From IMG/VR virus record IMGVR_UViG_3300033752_000412, positions 1,502 through 65,501 of that record: a stretch of 64,000 nucleotides of DNA; one strand, given 5' to 3'. Origin of the DNA: a virus. Its lineage: Duplodnaviria > Caudoviricetes. The notes beneath the pieces were generated by a model that did no database searches, had not been told where the DNA came from, and saw only the letters and a program-made list of their open reading frames with translations. Position numbers and translations under genes: made by a program. Of the stretch, positions 33,790 to 42,032 are shown in pieces (positions within the stretch are counted from its first letter, which is position 1; the number at the start of each line of letters is the position of its first letter).

Positions 33790-36700
33790 CTACCTTGGCC
33801 GGCCCGGCCGGGCCAGAAGTTCCTGCGCCCGCTGCCGGTCCTGGATGGCTTGCAACAGCTGCGGGGTGAGCGTCGTGTCCCGAAAGTTGAACTGGTTCAC
33901 AGTGGACGGCGAATCGCCGCCACGGGCCGCGCGGGCGATCTGCCGCCACTGCTGGTCGGTCAGCACCGGCTCGGGTTTGCCGGTGCCGTTCCAGATCGGC
34001 GGGTTCCAGCCGGGCTGCAGCATGCCGCCGGAGTCCATCGCCCAGTGGATGTGGGCGTTGGGCATGCCGGCGACGCCGTGTTGCCGCAGCAGGGCGTCGG
34101 AAAACTTGTGGTGGCGGCCGTTCCAGATGTTCCGGTACTTGTCGCCCAGCCAGATCAGCTCACGGGTCTGCCGGAAGTAATGGTCGTGGATCCAATCGAA
34201 CACCTCCCGGATCGGGGGAATGTCCACGGCCCGGCCCGGGTCGCCGTCGGCGGCGATCATGGCGTGGTAGGACAGCGACCCGGACGCGGTCCGCGACCCC
34301 GGCCGGTAGCCGGAGTACATGGGCAGGCCGGGGAAGACGCGCCGCAGGATGCGCATCATGTCCGCCGAGCCGATGCCGCCGGGCGACACCGCCGGCACCA
34401 CCTTGCTGATCACATCGTCCAGCGTGGGGACGAAGGTGTGTTCCAGGTCGACGGTGAACGGGAACCTGACCAGGCCGCCGCGGGCGAAGCCGGGCAGCAC
34501 CTCGCGGGGGATGCGCCGCCGTCGGATCGCCTCCATGAAGTCCTGGCCGTAGTAGTCGACTGCGGCGGCCGGCTGGACGAACTCGCCGTTTGACAGCCGC
34601 GCCAGGATCGAATCCGAGGTGGCCGTGCCCGGGCCGACGATCGGCCCACCGGTCTTGTGCCCCGGCGCCGCCGGACCCTGGAACCCCTTGTCCCAGAACT
34701 CCGTCTGTGTCTTCCAACGCCGCTGCGCCTGCTCCAGCGTCCACCCCTTGGTTAGGGCCTCCTGGATGAACTTGAGCTGCCGTAGCTCGTTCCAGACCTG
34801 GTCGAAGTTTTTGGTCTTGAAGGCGGTCTCCACCTTCTCCGGCACGTCGCCGTAGGTCTTGATGAGCTTGTCCGTCTCGGTCTTGCTCAGCCCAGCCCTC
34901 GCGGCCTCTTCCTTCAGCGCCCTGATCCGATCCTGGTGCCGCTTGGTGGCCTCGTTCATCGGCACACCGGAGGCGATGTCCTGCAGGTACAGGTCCCGGG
35001 CCGCCAACGCGGCCTCTTCCACCGCGTCCCGGTTCCGCAGCCCGGCCTCCGTGTTGAGGTTCATGCTGGCGGCGTGGGCGTCCCCGGCGGCCTTGGCGTT
35101 CCTGACCTGGGCGGTCAGGTTGACCAGGGCCTGGCGGAACCGTTCGTCGGCCTCGTTCGCGCTGATGGCTGCGGAGGTTTGCAGCTCGACGGCCTGCCGA
35201 AGCGCGTTGACCCGGTCGGCGGCGGTCGCCTCCGAGTTGGAGAACGCGTCTACCAGCCCTTGCAGCGCCTGGATCTTGGTGGCGTTGTCGGCGAACGCTG
35301 CGGACAGGTTCACATGCGGCGGACGAAGCGCGGTCGTGGACTGGTTCAGCAGCTGGTTGGCCCGGTTCGCCAGGCGAAGCTGCTCCGAGTAGTCGACAAC
35401 CGCCGCCCGGATCCGCTTGAGCTCGTCGATCCGCTTGTCGGCCTCCCGCTCACCACCGGCAAACGACGCGCTGATCCTGAGGAACGAGTTTTGGGCGCTG
35501 TCGCCGAGGGCGTCCAACTCCTGCTCAATGCGGCCCAGGATCGCCGACAGGTCCGACTGGCTGCCGGCGGCCGCCCGGGCCAGCTGCTCGAAGCTGACAC
35601 CCATCGCGTCGAGGGTGATGACGGCCCGCTGCATGTCCGGGTTGTTGCGGACGATGCTGCGCAGCATGTCGTCGGTGGCGCGGGCGGCCGTAGCGCCGTC
35701 GCTGCCCAGCTCCCGGTAGGCGTCGCCTAGGGCGCCGAGGGCCAGCCGCAGCCCGTCAACCTTCGCCTTCTGCTCGGCCTGCTGCTCCAGGAAGAACCCC
35801 ACGCCCAGCGTGGCCGCGGCCAGGGCCGCACCCCACGGCCCGGTCAGCACGCCGGTCACCGCGCCCAGGCCCCTGGCGGCGTTGCGGCCCGACCGCTGTA
35901 CCCCGTCCAGCGACCGGGACAACCGGCCCGACTCGTCGGCGGCGCCGCTGAAGGAGCTGCGCAGCCGGTCCACGATGCTGGTCGCGTTCCTGGTAGCGGC
36001 ACCGAACAGCTCGATCGCCCGGCTGCGCAGGGCCAGCACGGACAGGCCCAGCGAGATCGCCGCGATACCGCTGGCGATCATCGTCAGAACGGGGATCGGG
36101 ATCCGGTTGAGCGCTTCGAACAGCTCGATGAACAGGCGGGTCACGACCGAGCCGACCGGGGCGGCGGCCTGGATGAACCGGACCACGAACTCTGTCATCT
36201 CGCCGATGAGCTCGACCACCCGGGGGCCGTTCTCCCGCACGTAGGCGAGGAACTGTTGGAAGCTCGGGTTCTGTTCGAGAGTCGTCGACCACCGGCCGAA
36301 CCGCTCGGTCAGCCGCTCCAGCCCCGAACCAATGTCCTCATTGAACGGTTCGAAGGCGTTGACCAGCCCAACCATGCCCGTGCTGACGTTGCGGCCCATC
36401 CGCCACAGCCGCTCCAGGGTCGGCACAGTCTGCTGGTCGACGTTGGTGAAGAACCGCCGCCACGTCCGATCGGTGCTCAGGAACTTCGACGTCTCGTCGA
36501 ACAGGTCACCGACGGCGCCGGCGGACCGGGCGATGTAGTCGCGGAAGTCCGGCAGCCGAGGCAGCAGCCGCTCGATGGACGACTGGACCCCGGGCAGAAG
36601 GTTGTCCGCCGCGGCGGCCCGCAGGTCCAGGAACTCGTCCCGCAGGTCGAAGATGAACCGGGCGAACCGCTGCGCCGTCGGCGACAGCTTGCCCATGATC

Positions 36701-38997
36701 GTGTTGAGGTTGTCCAGCGCCTCACCGCCGGCAACCCCGGCCCGGACCGCGGCCGACTCGGCCTGCCGGTGCGCGTTGATCACCGCCTGCTGCGCCTGCG
36801 CGACCGCGAAAGCGGCCTGCCGCTGCTGGTCGGCCTGCGCCGCCACCGCGTCGGCGACCCGCTGCTGGGCCACCGCAACCCGCTCGTTGGCCTCCTGCAC
36901 CCGCCGCTGCGCCTCGGCGATCCGCTCGTTGGCGTCGGCGACCCGCTGCTTGGCGGCCACTACACGGTCGGACCCCTCAACACCCTTGCGGTTCGCCTCG
37001 TCCTGGTCGGCGTTCAGCCGCTCCTGCTGAACGGCGAGCCGTTCGATCCGCAGGGTGATCTCTTCGTAGGCGAGCCGGGCGGCATCCCGCTGCGCCTGCG
37101 TGGCCCGCGGGTTGGCCAGCAGCGCGTCGAGCTCCTTCTTGGCCTCGGCCTGGTCCAGCAGGGCCCTGCGCTGGTCGAGCGCCAGCTGCTTGACGTCGAA
37201 CGCCATGTCCTGCAGGGCACGGCGGGCCTCTTCCCGGGCCCGGTTCAGGTCCAGCTGGGCCTGCCGGGCGTCGGCCTGCGCCCGCGCAAGGTTGCGCTCG
37301 GCGTCCTCAACACCGCGGACAGCGTCGCGGACCCCACGCTGGGCGTCCTCTACCGCTCGGGCGGCGCGGCGGGCCGCGGAGGCGTTGTTGGCCCGCACGT
37401 TGGCCAGGCTCCGCTCGGCGGACTCGATCGCCGCTGCGGCGCCGGCGATACCCAGCTCGGCCCGGGCCAGCGACGCGGCCGACTTCTTCGCGTCGTCCTC
37501 GTACTTGATCAGCGCCTGGACGGCTTCGGCGACGCCGGAGAACCCGAGCACCACGGCGCCGATGCCGCCGGCGGCGGACGCCGCGGCGGTGCCGATGAAC
37601 CCGATGGCCGATGCGGCAGCGGCGGCGGCCGGCACCAGCACCGTGCCCAGGGACAGGCTGAGCGCGATGATCTGCTCAAGGCGGGACAGGGCCAGCCGGC
37701 TGGACTGGGCAACCTTGTCCAGGCCCGACCCGTCAACGTCGATCTTGGCTGTTCTGCCGTCGAGCTTTTCCAGCTCCTCCCGGATAAGACGCAGCTGGGT
37801 GCCGGCGGCTGCGGCGTCGACCCGCACCGAGATGTCCGGGTCGTTGCGGGCCAGGAACCCCAGCTCGGCTTCCAGCGCCCGGATCTGCGTCAGCGCCCGG
37901 GTGGTGTCGACGTCGACGCCGATCCGCTTATCCGACAGCTGCTGCAGCTCGTCGCGGATCGACTGCAACGCCACCCGGCTGTCGGCGGTGAAGATGCCGG
38001 TACGGACCTCGGGCAGCGACTTGACCGCGTCCTCGATCCGCTTACGGACCCGGCCGGCCCAGGTCGCGTTGAACTGCTCCTCGGCGATCCGCGCGGCGGC
38101 CCTCTGCAGAAACTCGATGGACCGCTCATGCTCGCGGCGGACCTGCTCGTCGAACCTTTCGTTCTGCCGCAGCGCCCGCTCGAAGGCGATGTCCTGCTGC
38201 CGGACGATCTCGCGGACCTCGGCCCGCAGCTGGCTGAACGCCCGGTCCTGCTGCTGGCGGAACCTCTCGTCGAACCGGGCGTTGTCCCGCAGCGCCCGCT
38301 CGAAGGTGAGGTCTTCCCGCCGCTCGATCTCGCGGACCTCGGCGGCCAGCGTACGAAGAGCCTTCTCCTGCTCCCGGACCGCCCGGTCGAACTCGCGGTT
38401 GAGGGCGTTGGCGGCCCGGTGGGCCGCCTCCTGGGACCGGGTTTGCAGGTCGACGAGGAACCGGTCGATGGCGCGTGCGGCCTGGTCGGCGTCGACCCGG
38501 ACCTGCACGGCGGTGCGGGGGCCACGGGAGATCTGGTCGAACAGTTCCCGGATCCGCTGCAGCCGCTGCAGAAGCCGCGCCTCGTCGATGTCGACGCCGA
38601 TCTTTTTGTCGTCCAGGGAGTCGATGAGCCGACGCGCCTGGGCGATCGCCCGGTTGAACCGGGACTGGTCAGCGCCGATCCGCACATTGGGCAGGTCCCG
38701 GTTGAGCCGGGCCAGCGCCTCGCGGACGCCGCGTTCGAACGCGTCATTGACGCCGGCGGCGACCTGCTCCCCGGCCTCCTCGCCGGCCTTCCTGACGTTC
38801 TTGGCGGCCTTCTTGACCGTCTTGTCGACGTCGCGGGTGGCCTGCTGAAGGCCGGCCGACGCGGCCTCGGCGGTGTTCTTCTCCACCGCCTTGCCCAGCC
38901 GGTTACCCAGCTGGTCGGCCAGGTCGGCCATCTCCTTCTCGATGTTGCGGAAGGAGGGGACGACCTGCAGGTAGGCGGTACCAGCGTCGTACGCCAC
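33790..38997 (-). CDS. Tape measure protein with C-terminal peptidoglycan-peptidase-like domain
   Basis: 1735 aa, MAYDAGTAYLQVVPSF start, long helical repeats, GPGT.TSDSI.ARLSNGEFV, C-terminal SGYRPG..SYH..AVD..HIHWA. Confidence 0.95.
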   Translation of the reverse strand: MAYDAGTAYLQVVPSFRNIEKEMADLADQLGNRLGKAVEKNTAEAASAGLQQATRDVDKTVKKAAKNVRKAGEEAGEQVAAGVNDAFERGVREALARLNRDLPNVRIGADQSRFNRAIAQARRLIDSLDDKKIGVDIDEARLLQRLQRIRELFDQISRGPRTAVQVRVDADQAARAIDRFLVDLQTRSQEAAHRAANALNREFDRAVREQEKALRTLAAEVREIERREDLTFERALRDNARFDERFRQQQDRAFSQLRAEVREIVRQQDIAFERALRQNERFDEQVRREHERSIEFLQRAAARIAEEQFNATWAGRVRKRIEDAVKSLPEVRTGIFTADSRVALQSIRDELQQLSDKRIGVDVDTTRALTQIRALEAELGFLARNDPDISVRVDAAAAGTQLRLIREELEKLDGRTAKIDVDGSGLDKVAQSSRLALSRLEQIIALSLSLGTVLVPAAAAAASAIGFIGTAAASAAGGIGAVVLGFSGVAEAVQALIKYEDDAKKSAASLARAELGIAGAAAAIESAERSLANVRANNASAARRAARAVEDAQRGVRDAVRGVEDAERNLARAQADARQAQLDLNRAREEARRALQDMAFDVKQLALDQRRALLDQAEAKKELDALLANPRATQAQRDAARLAYEEITLRIERLAVQQERLNADQDEANRKGVEGSDRVVAAKQRVADANERIAEAQRRVQEANERVAVAQQRVADAVAAQADQQRQAAFAVAQAQQAVINAHRQAESAAVRAGVAGGEALDNLNTIMGKLSPTAQRFARFIFDLRDEFLDLRAAAADNLLPGVQSSIERLLPRLPDFRDYIARSAGAVGDLFDETSKFLSTDRTWRRFFTNVDQQTVPTLERLWRMGRNVSTGMVGLVNAFEPFNEDIGSGLERLTERFGRWSTTLEQNPSFQQFLAYVRENGPRVVELIGEMTEFVVRFIQAAAPVGSVVTRLFIELFEALNRIPIPVLTMIASGIAAISLGLSVLALRSRAIELFGAATRNATSIVDRLRSSFSGAADESGRLSRSLDGVQRSGRNAARGLGAVTGVLTGPWGAALAAATLGVGFFLEQQAEQKAKVDGLRLALGALGDAYRELGSDGATAARATDDMLRSIVRNNPDMQRAVITLDAMGVSFEQLARAAAGSQSDLSAILGRIEQELDALGDSAQNSFLRISASFAGGEREADKRIDELKRIRAAVVDYSEQLRLANRANQLLNQSTTALRPPHVNLSAAFADNATKIQALQGLVDAFSNSEATAADRVNALRQAVELQTSAAISANEADERFRQALVNLTAQVRNAKAAGDAHAASMNLNTEAGLRNRDAVEEAALAARDLYLQDIASGVPMNEATKRHQDRIRALKEEAARAGLSKTETDKLIKTYGDVPEKVETAFKTKNFDQVWNELRQLKFIQEALTKGWTLEQAQRRWKTQTEFWDKGFQGPAAPGHKTGGPIVGPGTATSDSILARLSNGEFVQPAAAVDYYGQDFMEAIRRRRIPREVLPGFARGGLVRFPFTVDLEHTFVPTLDDVISKVVPAVSPGGIGSADMMRILRRVFPGLPMYSGYRPGSRTASGSLSYHAMIAADGDPGRAVDIPPIREVFDWIHDHYFRQTRELIWLGDKYRNIWNGRHHKFSDALLRQHGVAGMPNAHIHWAMDSGGMLQPGWNPPIWNGTGKPEPVLTDQQWRQIARAARGGDSPSTVNQFNFRDTTLTPQLLQAIQDRQRAQELLARPGRPR

Positions 38998-39036
38998 AGC
39001 CCGCCCCCCTTCAACATGGGGGGCGGGCCCCCGTCT

Positions 39037-39504
39037 TCAGCTGTTCACCCGATGCGGCAGGACCCGGGCGACCAGCGCCCGGTGCTTGTCTTCCCGACGC
39101 CGCTTCCTCAGCCGCTGCGAAGCCGTGGCCGGCCGCGGCGCCGGCCGCGGCAGCTTCGGCTTCTTCACCCCATTGGCTGCGGCCACCACGGCGATGAGCT
39201 CGCCGAGCCGGTCCATCAGGTCGGTGAGGCGTTCTAGCTCGGGCGAGTACTCCGACATCCGCACCGTCGGCGTCGGCTCGTCGTCATCCCGGTCAAGCAG
39301 CTGCTCCGCCAACTCCTCGTCGTTGACGAGGGCCTCCATGTAGTGGGAGTTGCGGGGCAGATGGTCGATGAGGTTCAGCAGGTCCCGGAACTGCCGGTTC
39401 CTCCACAGTGCCCGCAGGTCGGTGCCCGGATAGTAGTGGGCGAAGTCCGCCTTTATCGCGTCACCGTACCGGTTGAGGATTCGGACGAGCCTCGCGATTC
39501 CCCC
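39037..39504 (-). CDS. Tail assembly chaperone T (C-terminal part, reached by -1 frameshift)
   Basis: The -1 frame after GGGGGAA reads GIARLVRILNRYGDAIKADFAHYY..DLRALW..LLNLIDHLP..S.Y.EAL. Confidence 0.85.
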   Translation of the reverse strand, partial: GGIARLVRILNRYGDAIKADFAHYYPGTDLRALWRNRQFRDLLNLIDHLPRNSHYMEALVNDEELAEQLLDRDDDEPTPTVRMSEYSPELERLTDLMDRLGELIAVVAAANGVKKPKLPRPAPRPATASQRLRKRRREDKHRALVARVLPHRVNS

Positions 39505-39782
39505 CGGCTGCCGATCCCGTAGTGGTCCTCGTAGGCGTCTAGGATCTTTTCCATCAGGAATCCGTCCACTTCGGGCAGTGCGACGAACTCGTCGTACTGG
39601 TCGCCGAGGACCGCCTTCAAGTGTTCGGCGATGCCGCGCCGCTCATGCAGGTTGGACCACACCGAGTAGTGCAGCCCTTTCGGATGCGGAAAGGTAAACA
39701 CCTTGCCGCTGCGGGCGACGAACTCGAACGGCTCCGGCCGCTCGATGTCCTTCTCCAGGTCGTCGACAGTCAGTCGGGCCAT
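39453..39782 (-). CDS. Tail assembly chaperone G
   Basis: Position before the tape measure gene, AAAGGAG RBS, slippery site near the 3' end. Confidence 0.85.
   Translation of the reverse strand: MARLTVDDLEKDIERPEPFEFVARSGKVFTFPHPKGLHYSVWSNLHERRGIAEHLKAVLGDQYDEFVALPEVDGFLMEKILDAYEDHYGIGSRGESRGSSESSTGTVTR
39498..39504 (-). promoter_or_regulatory. Programmed -1 frameshift site GGGGGAA
   Basis: In-frame CGG GGG GAA. The -1 frame is open to 39037. Confidence 0.85.
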
Positions 39783-39809
39783 GTTGGGTGGGCTCCTTTA
39801 CTTGCGTGG

Positions 39810-39989
39810 TCAGCTGGTCTGCGGTGCCGGACCGGCCGGCGTGGCGGGCTTGGGCATCCGCTTCGGCGGCACCTCAACCCAGCCGTCGAACTTGAACTTG
39901 ACCGCCTGGGCGGGCGTGTACGCGATACGCCTGTACTTACGTCCGTCGATGGTCTTGGTGAACTCGCCGTACGGGGTGGCGTTGGGCAC
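39810..39989 (-). CDS. 59-aa hypothetical protein
   Basis: GAGGAGGAG RBS and GTG start. MPNATPYGEFTKTIDGRKYRR... Confidence 0.65.
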   Translation of the reverse strand: MPNATPYGEFTKTIDGRKYRRIAYTPAQAVKFKFDGWVEVPPKRMPKPATPAGPAPQTS

Positions 39990-40002
39990 GGCTCCTCCTC
40001 AC

Positions 40003-40062
40003 GTGGGTGGGCTGGGCAAAGGTCGGGGTGGCGAGCCCACCCACACAGGCGCCACCCCGACC
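40003..40062 (-). ncRNA. Interleaved inverted repeats (H-type pseudoknot / RNA switch)
   Basis: 13-bp pair 40050-40062/40021-40033 interleaved with 11-bp pair 40034-40044/40003-40013. Both pairs are perfect. Confidence 0.65.
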
Positions 40063-40144
40063 GCCTGGAAGTCGGCGCAGAAGGGGCGCGGGAACCTGCC
40101 CGGCGTGCCCCTTGCGCGCGGTGGCAGCTACGGCTGCGCGTGCG

Positions 40145-40804
40145 CTACGACGTGGCCTGGGTGATGCCCATCTCGTTCAGCAGGGCCAGCCAGCCCGGGC
40201 CGCCGAAGATCCAACGGTGGCTGTAGCCGACCGTCGAGTCCTCGAAGCCGGTCATCGTGACGCCCCACAGGATGGCCTCGTCGTCGTTGTTGAATGCCTG
40301 CTCGGCGAACTCGGTGACCCGGGCCCGGGGCATGTACCGGGCAATGTAGATTTCGCCGTCGTTGGTCTCGTCCACGAACAGGCCGAGCACCCGGTAGTAG
40401 CGGAAGCCGGGCACGTTGGGCTTTTCCACCGAGAACTCGCCGGTGGTCAGCGCCGCCTGGGTGGACGACAGGTCCGCACCCGACGCCAGCTCGATGGACA
40501 GGCGCTTGGTCTCCTGCATGGAGAACTGCAGCGTCATCGTGTCCCGGGTGATGTCCGACCGGGTCGGCTCGACGGAGCCGAACGAGTTGATGTCGGACTG
40601 CTCGGTCTCCCGGCCGTAGCTGGCGCCGGCCGTGGTCATGAACCCCACGTCCTCCCAGTCCGGCGGGAGCGTGATCAGGTCCGCGGACGCACCCGAGGTC
40701 AGGTTCGTGATCCCGTCGGCGGTGATCGGAGCGGCGAACACGGAGCCGTCGCGGGCCTTGCGGATCAGCTCGGTCTTCTTGTCGCGCAGGGCAGAGTACG
40801 GCAC
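40145..40804 (-). CDS. Major tail protein
   Basis: ELIRKA..GSVF.AP, ..GA...E.....SFG..EPTRSDI, LF.D...G..Y..R..PRA.V. GTG after AAAGGGG. Confidence 0.88.
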   Translation of the reverse strand: MPYSALRDKKTELIRKARDGSVFAAPITADGITNLTSGASADLITLPPDWEDVGFMTTAGASYGRETEQSDINSFGSVEPTRSDITRDTMTLQFSMQETKRLSIELASGADLSSTQAALTTGEFSVEKPNVPGFRYYRVLGLFVDETNDGEIYIARYMPRARVTEFAEQAFNNDDEAILWGVTMTGFEDSTVGYSHRWIFGGPGWLALLNEMGITQATS

Positions 40805-40882
40805 GAAGAGCCCCTTTCGAAGAGTCGGAGCGACGCGTTGAAGCCCCGACATGCGGGGCCGGCGAACAACAGGCGGGTGGGC

Positions 40883-41302
40883 TCAGCTGGTGAGTCGGTG
40901 GGCGCGGAAAACGCAGGTGTAGGTGGCGCCGAAGCGCCGCACGGTGGCCGTGTCGGACCAGGGCAGCTCCTGCGGGGAGCTGTCGCAGCCGATCCGGTCG
41001 AAGATCAGCCCGTTGGCCTTGTGGGGGCCGTTGAACAGCAGCCAGTCGCGGATGCGGCCGGCCAGTGGTTCGGCGACCGCGTAGGTGTCGGCGAACACGT
41101 CCACCAGCAGGGTGGGCGCGTCGTTGACCCGGTCGGTGGGGCCGCCGGTCCGGCGTACACGAATGAACGGCAGCCGGTCGTCAAGGTCGGCCGGGGCGCT
41201 GGTTCCGATGCGGCCTGGGTCGTTGTCGACGAAGGGCCGCAGCAGCACCGTCCACGCCTTCGCCACGTCACCGAATCCGTACGCCGGCACAGGCTGGCTC
41301 AC
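40883..41302 (-). CDS. Tail terminator protein
   Basis: LPFIRVRRTGG..D..ND.P...VD.FA. Position before the major tail gene. Confidence 0.8.
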   Translation of the reverse strand: MSQPVPAYGFGDVAKAWTVLLRPFVDNDPGRIGTSAPADLDDRLPFIRVRRTGGPTDRVNDAPTLLVDVFADTYAVAEPLAGRIRDWLLFNGPHKANGLIFDRIGCDSSPQELPWSDTATVRRFGATYTCVFRAHRLTS

Positions 41303-41685
41303 GTCTGGTCCCTGGTGGCGTGCAGGAACTGCAGGGTGTTCTGCAGCACGAAGTGGCCGGGGATCTCGTAGGTTTCGCCGTGCAGCTTCACCCGGGCGCC
41401 AACCTCCACGACGGTGGCGTGCCGGGACGTGTTGAGCAGCCGGGTCATGGCCCGTACGCGGATGGCGTCGATGCCTCGGTCGCGGGTGTCGAAGCCGTCC
41501 TCGATCTCGAAGGACTGCACGTAGTGCTGGTGGCGGCGGCTGGACACGGGGGAGATGGCCTTGGCGAACGGTCCGGCCTTGGTCTCCACCACGTGGTGGC
41601 AGGCGCGCCGCAGTTCCGGGCCGACCGCGGCCATGGCCATGCCGACGCGGCTGGGCTTGTAGCGGACGGCGACGACCCGGAACAT
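41299..41685 (-). CDS. Neck protein (HK97 gp10-like)
   Basis: Position, plus AISPV..HY..SF and HA.VVE.G motifs. Confidence 0.7.
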   Translation of the reverse strand: MFRVVAVRYKPSRVGMAMAAVGPELRRACHHVVETKAGPFAKAISPVSSRRHQHYVQSFEIEDGFDTRDRGIDAIRVRAMTRLLNTSRHATVVEVGARVKLHGETYEIPGHFVLQNTLQFLHATRDQT

Positions 41686-41702
41686 GCTGGCCTCCCCCCG
41701 GT

Positions 41703-42029
41703 TCAGCCTGTGACCAGCCGCAGCGGCACCTCCACCCCGTAGCCGGCCCACACCCGCGGCTTACCGACGACGTCGTACAGGTCGCCTCGGGCACGTACCC
41801 GGTCGGTGGGTCGAATGTCGGTGCCGTCGGGCATGTACACGGTGGCGTCGGCGACCACCTGGTCGGCGCCGTCGAGGTTCTCCGTCGACCCGCCGGGGGC
41901 GAACAGGCAGCCCGGAACGTCCACCTCGGACCCGGTGCCGGGCAGCGGGTCGCCGAAGGTGTCCTTGGCCGGTGGCCGCACCCGGGTCACCGTCTCCGTC
42001 TTGCCGGCGAGGGAGAACGGGAACGCCAC
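41703..42029 (-). CDS. Head closure/stopper protein
   Basis: D.FGDP, VPGC.FAPGGSTE, D..PTDRV..RG..Y.V.G.P. Confidence 0.85.
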   Translation of the reverse strand: MAFPFSLAGKTETVTRVRPPAKDTFGDPLPGTGSEVDVPGCLFAPGGSTENLDGADQVVADATVYMPDGTDIRPTDRVRARGDLYDVVGKPRVWAGYGVEVPLRLVTG

Positions 42030-42032
42030 CGG

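Noticed and set aside
38130-38345. About 38-aa imperfect duplication in the tape measure N-terminal region
   Set aside because: Ordinary tape-measure repeat expansion.
36256-39237. 993-aa + strand ORF, and similar long ORFs at 42621-44804, 45166-48039, 55769-57952, 58078-60237 and 10788-12356
   Set aside because: Antisense shadows of real genes in high-GC DNA. They have no motifs and show the typical V/G/L/D/R-skewed composition.
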